Origin: Eledone cirrhosa
Lineage: Eukaryota
Direction: 5' to 3'
DNA length: 64,000 nt
NCBI GenBank assembly: GCA_964016885.1
Contig: OZ024743.1
Span: forward strand, 300,514,001 to 300,578,000
The notes below the pieces were generated by a model, which ran no database searches, was not told the DNA's origin, and was given only the letters and a program-made list of their open reading frames with translations. How positions within the stretch are numbered: the first letter of the stretch is position 1; every line of letters starts with the position of its first letter. Below, piece by piece: positions 44,095 to 60,432 of this stretch. A program made the position numbers and the translations under genes.

Positions 44095-44278
44095 AATTGT
44101 TTCTACTTTAGGCACAAGGCCAGCAATTACTCAGTTCATTACTGGTACTTTATTTTATCGACCCCGTAAGGATGAAAGGCAAAGTCAACCTCGGCGGGAT
44201 TTGAACTCAGATCGTAAAGGGATGTAACTATGCTGGAAAGCATGGCGTCCGACCCTCTACCGATACTGCCAATCCAAC
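44095..44278 (-). mobile_element. tRNA-derived SINE
   Basis: Very similar to the 20700 copy; B-box GGGATTTGAACTC on plus. Confidence 0.85.
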
Positions 44279-45213
44279 ATAATACTGCATGGATATAGGA
44301 AGTAATGATTGATAAAGATGTAGTGACGTCAATTGTATAAAGGTGTATTCTAGATGACGCTATTACATTAAGTTTAAGTCTCCATGTTACAGTGTTAAAG
44401 CGTATCGTGGCTTCAGTCCGCACACACAACATGTTCTGATAAATAGTAGATGTTATATCAGGAACTGAATATCGGAGTATATTTATGAGAGAAGAATTTA
44501 GACAAGATGTGGATTAAGATTTAGATATTGCTTCATAATTTAAAACTTAAGTGCCATAAATGATATATTAGTTACTATACGTTGCATTTCATTGTATTGC
44601 TGTATGCCGATATTAGAAGTACGTTTGCTAGTGTGTAAGAGGATATTGAAACAACACTTCTACGTAATAAGATAAAAAAAGTTGAATGTTTGTATTAACA
44701 AATCTAGTACCCCCTCTCTCACTCAACATTATTTATACTGGTATACTTCAGTAACACTAATGCTTGTGCAAATAGATTCTTACATATATATATAAATCGC
44801 ATTTGTAGCATTCCAATTTTCGTTCTATTTGCCATTTATAAGCTTGTTTCTGATCACTATCTTTGATTAGTTTTTTATATCCTCATCAAACGGATAAATT
44901 ACTCTCTCCTTCCACAACTCATGTTGACAGGCATTTAGATTATTAAACTTGTGTACATTATTAATTGATCTGTTTGTTTCATTGTATTAAGAAGATTCGT
45001 ATGTGTATAGAAACAATTGTTGAGATTAAAGATGGATTAATTTAACAAACTTAGCTTTGTTCTGTAAATACGCCCCTCACTGTTTTCAACTGCAAGTAGG
45101 GTAGCAATTCGGAGTACATGTTTTATTAGACTTGGTTTCCTAATATTGTCCAGCTTAACTACCTAAACACTTTTACAGACCTTATCAAAATAATAGTGAG
45201 TGGATTGAACACC

Positions 45214-45281
<68 letters not shown>

Positions 45282-45284
45282 ATA

Positions 45285-49398
<4,114 letters not shown>

Positions 49399-49606
49399 GT
49401 ATATATGCATATATACACACACACATATATATATATAGAGATATATATATAGATATAAATTTTGAGTATATGTTGGTTGTATACCAGCACTCCAGTATGC
49501 ACAATGGAGCACTCGACGAAGTGCGCAGGTTGGTTTGGTTACTCCGGATTAATGTAAAATAAAATAAAATAAATAAATCAAATGTTTAAATTTGTCTTCG
49601 TGTATT

Positions 49607-49661
49607 ACTGCTATATATATTTCGGTGACAGCCATCTTTGGCTGTGACCTCTTCAGACAGT
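49607..49661 (-). ncRNA. Minimal type I hammerhead (inverted pLTR copy)
   Basis: Reverse complement: ACTGT-CTGAAGA-GGTcACAGCCA aaga TGGCTGTcACC-GAAA-TATATA-TA|GCAGT. Confidence 0.8.
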
Positions 49662-49885
49662 CCGAATTAGTGTGGTAGAGACGAGTACACATGTTGTTGA
49701 GGTGTTTAACTTTGTCAATACTCTGATATACCCAGTTCCTGGTTGGTTTGTTATTTCACTGAGGAACTGGAATCATATGAATTTCGACAAACGAATTTCA
49801 GCGTCAAAAGGCCTCTTCTCCTCTCATAGGTCTTTTGTTAAACAGCTCAACAACATGTATACTCGTCTCTACCACACTAATTCGG

Positions 49886-49940
49886 ACTGCCTGAAGAGGT
49901 CACAGCCAATGATGGCTGTCACCGAAATATATATAACAGT
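49886..49940 (+). ncRNA. Minimal type I hammerhead (5' pLTR copy; first helix I pair mutated)
   Basis: ACTGC-CTGAAGA-stem II-GAAA-TATATA-TA|ACAGT. Confidence 0.7.
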
Positions 49941-52900
49941 AATAACCGAAGCCAAATTTTAAACATTTGACTTATTTATTTTATTTTATTTGACATTACT
50001 CCAGAGTAACCAAACCAACCTGCGCACTTCGTCGAGTGTTCCAATCTGCATCCTGAGGTGTTGGCATACAGCCAACATATACTCAAAATTTATCTAGCTC
50101 CCCCACGGGTTGAGCGCTTCAAGCAGTAGCGGACTTAATTCACTATGGAAAAACTGGCAAACTTAGCGTCACTGAAGGACATCCTCCTACCTGACAAACG
50201 AGAATACACCAGTGATCTCATCAGGAGTACGGACTCCCTCGTCCGTAGGATGAGATGGAAGGCATTCCACTTCGAAAGAGGAAAGCAAAAAATGACCAAC
50301 ACACAAAACATGGAGTACCTTTTTCGATCAAGGAGGAATCCCCCCCACAACAGTCTAATGGAGGAGTTTGAGAACGAGATAATAAACATCATAACCAACC
50401 TCAAATTCTCCGGAAACCCAACCAGTAGTCGGGAGTACCTCAGACACCTGAGAAACCGGATTACAGTACTTAAAGAGACAACTGGAATACTTGTCCATGC
50501 TAACAAAACCAACAACCTCGACAACATGAACACTGAACTGTATAATAAGCTAATTCTCAGGGAACTGAGGAAGTGCTACAAAAAACACCTGGATTTACCC
50601 TGGATGAGATCAATGCCATATCTTTCAGGATTATATCTGGACTCGGCATAGAGGACAGGACGGCCCCATACCAACCAAGGGAGCCGCAGATTACCCTTAA
50701 AGATCACAAGCCAAACTTTGAGTCCGACCTCCATGTCAGACTAATAGCTCCCACCAGATCTGACCTAGGGATCGTCAGTAAAATAATATTAGAGAGGATT
50801 CTGCCCAATCTTCGGAAAGAAACTAGATTACAGCAATGGGCATCCACGGGCGAGGTAATAGAATGGTTTAAGATACTACATGAGAAAAGTAAGACCAGCT
50901 TTATACAATTGGGTATCGCAGGCTACTACTCCTCAATCTCACCCATAGTACTCAATAAGGCCCTATTTCTAGCGATGTCCAATACGGAGCTAACACGAGA
51001 GGAGGTGAGCATAATCCACGCCGCAGGAAAGACCTTAATCTGTTTCCATGGAGATCTTTGGACCAGGAGTGATTGGCTAAATAGCTTTGACATCACGATG
51101 GGCTGCAGCGACTCAGCACAGGTAACGGACCTGGTTGGGCTCTTCTTGCTGAAGCAGATAAAAGATGAAGTCCCCTGACTGTGCGGCGGATTATATCGTT
51201 ACGATGCGCTCTTCACAGTATATGACCACATCACCAATATGTTGGAGCGAATGAGGAGGCGTATTAGCCATTTCTTTAAGAACCAGAAGCTCAGTATCTA
51301 ACTAAACCCAAATAGAAATGTAGATAACTTCCTAGACACCACCCTAAACCTGAACATCGAACAATACTACCCTTACCACAAGTCCAACGAGAAACTCGTG
51401 TATATTAACGCCAAGTCAACCCACCCTAGATCCATAACCAAGGCCGTGGTGAAGAGTGTCTCGGACAGGATCTCCAGCCTGTCCGCAAGTAGGAAAATCT
51501 TCGATAACAAACCGGAATATTAAAACGCAACTGGGGCGAAGCCTAACAATACAAGCAGAACAGAAACAAATAGGCACCATGAGACCGAAACCACCACACC
51601 GGCGTTGGTGACGAGTACGCTTAAACATGAGGTTAAACCCATATGAGTAGCAGTCTCAAGGGTGATGCTAACCACCCCGGGCCCGACGACCCCAACCGTA
51701 GGACACGTGTGTGTGTGGGGGGAGGGGGAGGGGGGGGGGGCAAAAGGGGACAACCCCACGGTGGATCTCCCAGCGCGGGCAATGACCACTCCCAAGAAAC
51801 GGGCTGTGAAGATAGCAAAACGCATAGCGCCCAACGGGGAAGCAACAAGGCGGGAATCACCAGCAACCCAACAAATCTCCAACAACTCACGACTCCTCCA
51901 AACCACCCATATAGGCGGAGACACAGAAAAATCACGTGGTACAACCCACCCTACACCCTACTCAGCGGCCCTAAAGTACAGCTTGGCCCGATCATTCTTT
52001 GGAGCACTTGATAAATTCTTCCCGAGGGACCATAGATACCACAAGATCTTCAACAGTCACACTGTGAAGCTCTCGTATTCCACCACGAGAAATCTGGCCC
52101 AACACATAGCTAGCCTCAACAGGAGTAGGCTTAAAAATCACACACAACCAGAAATGGCAATACAAGCACCCAGCAGAACCATGTGGAAGGAGAGAAGGAG
52201 GGACCCAGTGCCCATACAAGAAAACCCCCCCACCGTGCACGGGGGACGACCACCATGTAACACGTAACGGGAACCCCACTCTAGGCACGGAGAGGTCGAC
52301 CATCATCTGAAACTGCAGAAACCCCGAATCATGCCCCTTAGTAATGAATGCCTTAAGAAGAACCTAGTATACGGTTGTAGGGTTACAAATCCCAACTCCG
52401 AACACCATTACATAGGAGCCACATCAACGAGCTTTAAATTCCTTCAATAAGGAGGCCAAAAGGAAAAGTACGGCTCTCTCCTACCTGATCTGGAGACTTA
52501 AGCCGGAGAGGACCCCGTACTCTCTGGTCTGGTCCATAATCAGGAAAGTACCACCCGATAAAAGGGGATCTGGCAAACCCGATAAAGGGAGTTCATATGC
52601 AAACTATGTCTGGACGAGACCCTCGAGTTACTAAGAGGTGGAAGCCGCCTGATAAACCTCAGAACCGACTTCTTCGGGACATACAGACACCTCAGGGCCG
52701 GGACCTTCCTCAAGATATATGGACAGAAGCAACACAATAAGATGTGAACACCCTCAAGCTATAGGGACTTCTCCAGAACATGTAGACACCTCTTGGCCAG
52801 ACCTCCGTCAAGCTATATGGGCAGTAACAACACCATAGGTTGGGAACTCCCCTCAGGCCATAGGGACCTACCCAGGCTGAGCAGACACCATGATAGCCTA

Positions 52901-54009
52901 GAGATTGATTCTAACACAGTCTTTCTAATTTGGCCAACATCTTTATAACACACACACATTTTATTTTACTTGATTTTTCCTTTTTGATTTTTCATTATTC
53001 ATTTGTTATTTGTTTTGTTTTCTTCACTTTATCACCCAATATTTATATTTAAGTTGAGATTGGTTATAAAACAAACACATTTTATTTGATTATCCTATTT
53101 CGTTTTATTCTTTTACCATCTTGTTCCTCCTACCACTTTATCCAACATATTTCTGACCTTGAGATTGGTTATAGCACACACACATTTTATTTTATTTGAA
53201 TCTTCATTTTTATTTTTCACTTCTCATTTTCATTTTTCATTTTCATTTTCATTTTCATGTTTCATTAATTTTTCATTAATTTTTCATTTATTCTCTATTT
53301 ATTATTTATTTTCTGTTTTCTTCATTTTTATTGCCTTCTATTTCTTAATATACATGGCAGAAGCTCACCACCACCATCACAACCACAGGAGGTGGTGGCG
53401 GGAGGGATGACGAAACACACACACAGATACTTCTAAATGTCAGCAGCAGCAAGACATAGGCTGACCACAACACCAACAACACTATCAAAATAAGGGTAGA
53501 GGTCAGATGTACTTAACAATAGCAAACACAAACACAACAGGGAGCCTCACCCCAGAAATAATTTCTATAGACTTTTAACTGAGGAATGCTCTCAAAACTG
53601 ACCAATGGGAAGAGTGACCTTACAAATATTTATAACATTGCGATGGGTATAACACACACACACATTTTATTCGATTATTTTATTTTATTTTGTTCCTTTA
53701 CCATCTTATTACTTCTACCACTACCAATATAAGAATAGAGGTCAGATGTACCTAACAATAAAAAGAACAACCACTACAGATTGGCTTGCCTCAGAACGAA
53801 TTTCTATAGACTATTGACTGAGGAATGTTCCAACAACTGACCAATGAGAGGAGAAGAGGCCCTTTGACGCTGAAATTCGTTTGTTTAAATTCATATGATT
53901 CCAGTTCCTCAGTGAAATAACAACCGAACCAGGAACTGGGCATATCAGAGTATTGACAAAGTTAAACACCTCAACAACATGTGTACTCGTCTCTACCATA
54001 CTAATTCGG

Positions 54010-54064
54010 ACTGCCTGAAGAGGTGACAGCCAAAGATGGTTGTCACCGAAATATATATAGCAGT
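54010..54064 (+). ncRNA. Minimal type I hammerhead (3' pLTR copy), intact
   Basis: ACTGC-CTGAAGA-GGTGACAGCCA aaga TGGTTGTCACC-GAAA-TATATA-TA|GCAGT. 5-bp helix I, 11-bp helix II, palindromic helix III. Confidence 0.85.
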
Positions 54065-54118
54065 AATAAACGAAGCCCAATTTTAAACATTTGACTTATT
54101 TATTTTATTTTATTTTAT

Positions 54119-54153
<35 letters not shown>

Positions 54154-54216
54154 GTCCAGAAATAGCCGACGAGACGGCTTGAGCTCTGCCGTCGGGGCCA
54201 TACTTTTTCCTATATT

Positions 54217-54280
<64 letters not shown>

Positions 54281-54298
54281 CACAATATGTTATTTCAG

Positions 54299-54660
54299 AT
54301 TTCCACCCCTAATTTAATTGTCATTGTTGACTTACTTTGCATTGTTCTATTTTTCATTTGGGGTGTTTGTTATTGCGTGGTTTGCACTGATTGCTTTCTC
54401 TTTAGGAGAATTTTAGAATTCTGCTTTAGTTTAAACTAATGGTTTTCTATGACTTTCTATTTCATCAATTTTTCTGTTCATTTCTGTTCATTATTTTCTT
54501 CTTCACCTTCTTCTTCACCATATATATATATATATATGTATGTGTGTGCCTGTGTGTGTGTGTGTGAGTGAGTGTGCGTGTGTATATGTGTGTCTGTGCG
54601 TGTGTGAATGTATGTATGCACGTGTGTGTGTATATTTATTATATATATATATACACACAC

Positions 54661-54699
<39 letters not shown>

Positions 54700-55420
54700 A
54701 ATATATATATATTCGCCATATTTCTCTTTTTCGCCAATTTTAATCACTTTTAATTGTTTTAAGGAGTTTTATGGTTGTACTGCTGATACGTAGTACTAGT
54801 TTTCTGTTTGTCTCAGATATTCGTTTGTCGTGAGGTTTATTGTATTTGGAACGCTGTTATACTTTCCGCAATTTTCTTTCTTACATCTCCAATTTATTTA
54901 ATTCCAGGTTTTTATGTTAAATTTGTCATGCACATCATTTTGTCAGCATTGAATATAGTTGTTATTATTAATCTACTTCTTCTACAAGGCAAATTATATT
55001 TTGCTTGTAACATAAGTGCAAATCCAATATTAATGCATTTCGTTGAGATCTATAAAATTAAAAATAAATATTTTTATAGAAAATATATGATACATAGTAG
55101 GAATGCTATGGACGTGTCTAGGAGTTTAAACCGCTTGTGTATTTCCATGTTAATAGTTCTATAGCAAATATTCAGTCTAAAAGACAATCAATTCAGTGTA
55201 CGTCTCTGTCCAGAAGTAAATTCCGAAATACACAATCCATGAATATATCCCCTATATGAGAAAATTATTCAGTTTATTGAAAGAAACAGAAGCATATTTG
55301 CCGTTTGTAGCCAAATGACTAATTTAAAGACATTCCAACTACACGTAGAAAATGATTATCAATCGCAGTTCTCCCACAACAATAATGCTCTTAATCATAA
55401 TCGAAATAAAATAGGAACAT
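54299..55420 (+). pseudogene. Possible class C GPCR-like transmembrane exon remnants
   Basis: Acceptors TATTTCAG (54298) and TTTTCTGTTTGTCTCAG (54816) precede hydrophobic frames ISTPNLIVIVDLLCIVLFFIWG and YCIWNAVILSAIFF..NIVVIINLLLL. Resemblance to class C TM6-TM7 is by eye only. Confidence 0.25.
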
Positions 55421-56485
55421 GAACGTAATACTTTGTAACATCAGGCCGGCCGTTGATTAGTCAATGCAAACAGTTAGTGGGGCCATGGCTTAGAGGGATG
55501 GTTTCAGATAATTTTGTGGCTAATATCGTATTTCAGGAAGAAATATTAGGGAATAGCATGATTTCTTTATCTTAATAGCACCCTGCTACGTGGAAGTGAC
55601 TTGACAATCGTTGAGGACGTGCGACGTATCTCATGAAAATAACGAGCTATCTTGTGGCCGGATATTAGATCTGAACTTTTCAAGCAATATTACACATGAA
55701 ATAAGTAACGGATCGTTTTAATAAATCACATCAGAAGCCTCTCAGACTAGCCACCGGATATTTATTGTCTCGTGCATCTATAAAAAAGTTTCGAGAACCC
55801 GACGATGTAGTAGATAAATACCTGCAACGATATGAAACGCATTACTATCTTTCACATAGCAGGTGATTCTTAAGTAGTCTTCTTTACTATTATGGCCAAA
55901 CTCACGTCAACATAATTGGATTTTCTAACATAACTTGTCATATTTTTTAGACAATTTAATTTTTTTATATTTTTAATTTTGTAACATTGCTTGTTGAATA
56001 TTCAATTCCGCAATATGTCTGGATTCAAATAAAAGTTTAAACATCTAGTCGACATATTGGGTGTGATATTGAAAGAAATAATTGAAATATATTTGCAACG
56101 TTATCTCTATTAAAGACAGAATCATTGTCGATGCTGTGCAAACCAAAACGTGAATAATTATTCTTCAATATTGATTTTGGCTTTCGAAAATTCTTGTTGA
56201 AATTGTTCTATATACGGATAAGAAAAAATGAGATATTTCTATCGAAACTTGAATAATAGTATATGATAATTTGATAAAGAACATGATAGGTTCGTCTAAT
56301 GTTCTTTCTAATCTACATGTCTACATTTATTGTTCTCCTTTTCACTCCCTTTATCGCTTTCCTCTCTTTTTTCCCATCTTATATACATACGTACACTCAT
56401 ACAAACACACACAGACGCGAGCAAACACATATCTATCAATCCATCGCGCTTCCTCTATTCCTCTCTCTCTATATATATATACATT

Positions 56486-56541
<56 letters not shown>

Positions 56542-56571
56542 AATATATATATTTACACACACACACTCACA

Positions 56572-56602
<31 letters not shown>

Positions 56603-56603
56603 A

Positions 56604-59600
56604 CATCTTCGATGACTTTGAGATCTACGCATCTCTCTGTCAACCGGGGGTGGGGGCGGAGTTGCCGTTTTGCTGCGGAAACACCTGGGCCTCGTAACAC
56701 AGACGGTACATCTGGACCCGGAGGGTCGACTGGTGGTCCTAGACGTTGACGGTAGTGAAGGTGGAGCCTTCAGGCTGGTGGCCGCATATGCCCCATCCGG
56801 GACACCGCGGCCAGACTTCTTCAAACGTCTAGAGACTTTTCTGGGAACGTCCCGCTCCTTGCTTTTAGTGGGGGACTGGAATGGAATCCTAGATGCACGT
56901 TGGGACTATGTGGGAGCATGTCCCGACAAAGGGGGGTGTAACAGCCTCAAACAGTTAATCGACCGATTTGACCTGGCCGATAGATATCGACTAGATTTTC
57001 CGACTGCGCCAATGTGGACGTGGAGTAATCGTAGCGGAACATCTAGATCGTACCTAGATAGGGTTCTAGTTAGAAATAAGGATAGGGACATGTTAAGCTG
57101 TCCACAAATGTTAATGGTTGCCTATTCAGATCACAAACTAGTGACCTGCATGGCCAACCTTGATAGAACCCATAGACAAGGACCCGGCTACTGGAAGCTG
57201 AACTTGTCGTTACCGACAAGCAAAGCCTACAGTAGACGGATTAGCACTTTAGTTAAACAGCACTTGACAGGGGACATTGTCAACAACAGATGGTGGTACT
57301 CTCTCAAGAGGGCAGTTAGATTAGACTCGATAGTTTTTAGTAAAGAATTAGCGTTAGATAGAAATAGAACCGAGAAGGAACTGGTAGATAAAGTAGAAGA
57401 GGCAATTAGAAGTGGCAACGTAGCCAGCGTGCTAGCAACGAGAACGGCCTTGGACCAGTTCTTCGACGCAAAGCACGAGGGCTGCGTTGTCAGAAGCAAA
57501 ATACGTGCTCTGGGAAACGAGGGAGCCAAAGCTGTTAGCTGGGCCCGGGTGACGGAGGCAAAAAGTGGCAACAAGTCCACGATTCGGTCTTTGAAGGACC
57601 AAAACGGACGCGTGATACGTGAGCCGAAGCAGATGTGTGCGGCTTTTCAGCGGCACTTTGCTCGGCTGTTCGGGGGGAGCGGAGCGCCGGGAGAGGCTAT
57701 GGATTTCGGTCCATACCTCGACGGCCTACCGCGACTCTCGGACAGTGAGGCGAAGTTCTGCGAAAAGCCGATTTCAGCCACTGAGATAGGGGACGCGCTG
57801 AGCCAATGCGGCAAACGCAAATCTCCAGGTCTCGACGGTCTACCCTACGAATTTTACGTAGCAATGCCGGACTTATTCTCCGGTCTCCTGGAAGCGGTCT
57901 ACTGCAACTGGCAACAGAACGGGAGAATTCCCAGTTCTGTAACCGGGGGCGTGGTCACACTAATCAGGAAGGACGAGAATAAGGGGGATGACATAGGCAA
58001 CTTCCGGCCCATAACTCTGCTAAACAGAGTTACAGATTTTGGCCAAGGTGTTGGCAAAGAGGCTGGCGCTTGTCGTCGAGAACCTGGTGGGAGAAGCGCA
58101 GACATGCGCGATCCCGACCAGGTCCATACACGACAACCTCCACCTCATGCGATACATCATAGAGAGGGTAGGGTGTAAACCCGGCTTCGGTGGGGCCCTG
58201 ATCAACTTGGATCAGTCTAAGGCTTTCGATAGGGTTGACCATCGTTACCTGGATGCGGTGCTCGAGGCGGCAGGCTTCGGACCCGTGTTCAGGGGCTGGA
58301 TTGCTGCAATGCACAACAGCAACATCTGCTCAAGGGTCAAGGTGAACGGTTACCTCTCGGAGCCGTTCCATATTACGCGATCCATTCGACAGGGATGCCC
58401 TCTCTCCTCCCTTCTGTACGTACTGACTCTCGAGCCACTACTGCGGAAGCTGGAGCTATTGCAGGGCATCCCTCTGGAACCGGGACTGCGGAAAGCGGCG
58501 TCGGCCTACGCCGACGACGTGACAGTAATGGTGTCGAGCGCCTCGCAAATCGAGGAAGTCGGCACCTTACTAAAGGAATACGAAAGTCTCACAGGAGCGA
58601 AGCTGAACCGGGACAAGTCCATCGGTTTGCAACTCGGATCGTGGAGAGGCAGACCGATGCCTTCCGATGGCGTCGTCGGACGCTGGACGGAAGGACCGGT
58701 AAAGCTGCTCGGGGTCTGGTTTGGTCCGGACCTCCAGGTGGAGAAGAACTGGAACGAAGTGACGGTCAAGGTGTTTGCACTCACCCAGAAGTGGGCCGAG
58801 TGCAAACTATCCTTAAAAGGTCGAGCGGAGGTGGCGAACACTTTTATAGCGTCCGCCATCTACTACCGCTTGACCGTCGTGCCTTGTCCAGCCAAAACGC
58901 TCGCCAAAATGGAGCGCGCCCTCTTCCGATTCCTTTGGAAGAGGCGGGCTCCTTTGGTAAGAAGATCCATCTGCTGCCAACACCCTTCTAACGGAGGGCT
59001 GGGGATGCCGTGGTTGACGATGCGCAAACACGCGCTCAGGCTGCGGCATCTCTACGTATTCCTCACCGGACAACCGGTGTGGGCCCCGTTCGTGAGGCGA
59101 GCCTTCCCACGACTCGTCTCGCTGACCGAGCTGCAGTCCTGGGTCAAGCAGAGACCGAGGAAAATGGGCGAGTGGCACATCGAATGTGCTCAGGCGCTCA
59201 CAGCCCTCTGGCAGGCGGACCCAGCGATCAGTGGAGACTCCACTTCGTCATTCTATAGAGGGTTGGTCCGCAGCAAGTGCGACGACGCGCTCGGTGAAAC
59301 TCTAGGCGTGGAGGAAGATGAACTGGCCAGTCTGTTCGGTAGGACCTTCCGCCCGGGACCGATGGACAACTTCCAAAAGTCCCTGGCCTGGCAGTGCTAC
59401 CGAGGAGCTCTACCAGTTCGAGACAAGCTCTACAGACATGGGCGCCCGGGCAGGGACCCTGCAAAAAAGATTTGTCCGAGGTGCGTGCGAGACGAAGAAA
59501 CCGTCGCGCACGCATTCATACACTGCCCGGGCGTCACTGACCTGTGGGGCTATGTAGAACGACTATTGTCGCGGGTGGGACCAATCCAGTTGACCACCGA

Positions 59601-60127
59601 GTCCATTGTCATGATCAAACCGCCACCCTCCTTCAAAAACGAAGGAGAGGCGGTTTTCCTTTGTGTGATAGCTATGGCGAAAGAGGTTGTATGGTGGACA
59701 AGGTTGAAAGGGCTGAGGTCAGACACCTTTCTCTCCGGCCAACAACTGATTCTTTTTTTCAAATACCACTTTGGAAGAAGAATCAGGATGGAGAGAGAGG
59801 TGCTGTACCCCAGCAAGTTTTATGAAAGGTGGGTGAAAGTGGCGAGAATGGCCCGAGTGAATGGGCCTTCTCTCTATATCAGCCTGTAGGTTGAGGAAAA
59901 GGAGGAGGAGAGGAAAGGAGTACAAGCTCTTCGTACTCCTGGAGATGAGGGTTGCACATTTTTTTCGGGGGTCTGTGTCACCCATATAAACTGTCTCCCT
60001 CTATTGGGGAAAATCGACTAACTTTTAAATTCCATCTGTGATAACATTTTACACGTTTTTATTGTATGTAAACTTCCCCCTTTGTATTTGTCTCCTTCTT
60101 TTGTGCCCCTGTGGCTAATAAAGAAAT
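56604..60127 (+). mobile_element. L1/Tx1-clade element, 5'-truncated, ORF2 almost intact
   Basis: ORFs 56670-58178 and 58039-59889 join through one frameshift at ~58025 (ITLLN[T]ELQILAK). APE, RT (YADD) and CPRC..H..HC motifs all present; (TATC)n at both ends. Confidence 0.97.
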
Positions 60128-60432
60128 ATATCTATCTATCTATATATCTATCTATCTATCTATCTATCTGTCTCTCCCTCTATGTGTGTTTGTGTATGTG
60201 TTTGTGTGTGTGTGCGTGTAAATATAAACAGTAAACAGGAAAGTTGACAGGGCCCGCAGAATGTTTCCTGGATACTCAGAACTTTCCGGTTGAGAGATAT
60301 CCTCACAATTATCCTTCTATTCTGTACATTTGCCCGAAACTACCTTGAATACTGTTGTATAATCTGGTCTCCCCACACGAAACTAAAGAATCATGAAAAT
60401 TGATGCAAATCAAATGTCAACCACAAGACAGA

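Larger units (their letters stand above)
49455..54118 (+). mobile_element. Full-length-like Naiad PLE: inverted pLTR, pLTR, RT/EN ORF (decayed), 3'UTR, pLTR
   Basis: Inverted pLTR 49455-49832, direct pLTR ~49836-50095, ORF from ATG 50145 (SLKDILLP..LVRRMRWKAF..ITLKDHKPNF..VRLIAP..QQWASTGEVIEWF..FDITMGCSDSAQV..ITWYNPPY..NCRNPESCPL..YIGATSTSFK..CKLCLDE) to ~52747, 3' pLTR ~53838-54118. Confidence 0.93.

Noticed and set aside
44783-44970. Protein-like minus-strand frame ending in GTAAG (..ELWKERVIYPFDEDI/KLIKDSDQKQAYKWQ..)
   Set aside because: Requires a frameshift, matches no recognised family, and the plus strand gives an equally weak alternative.
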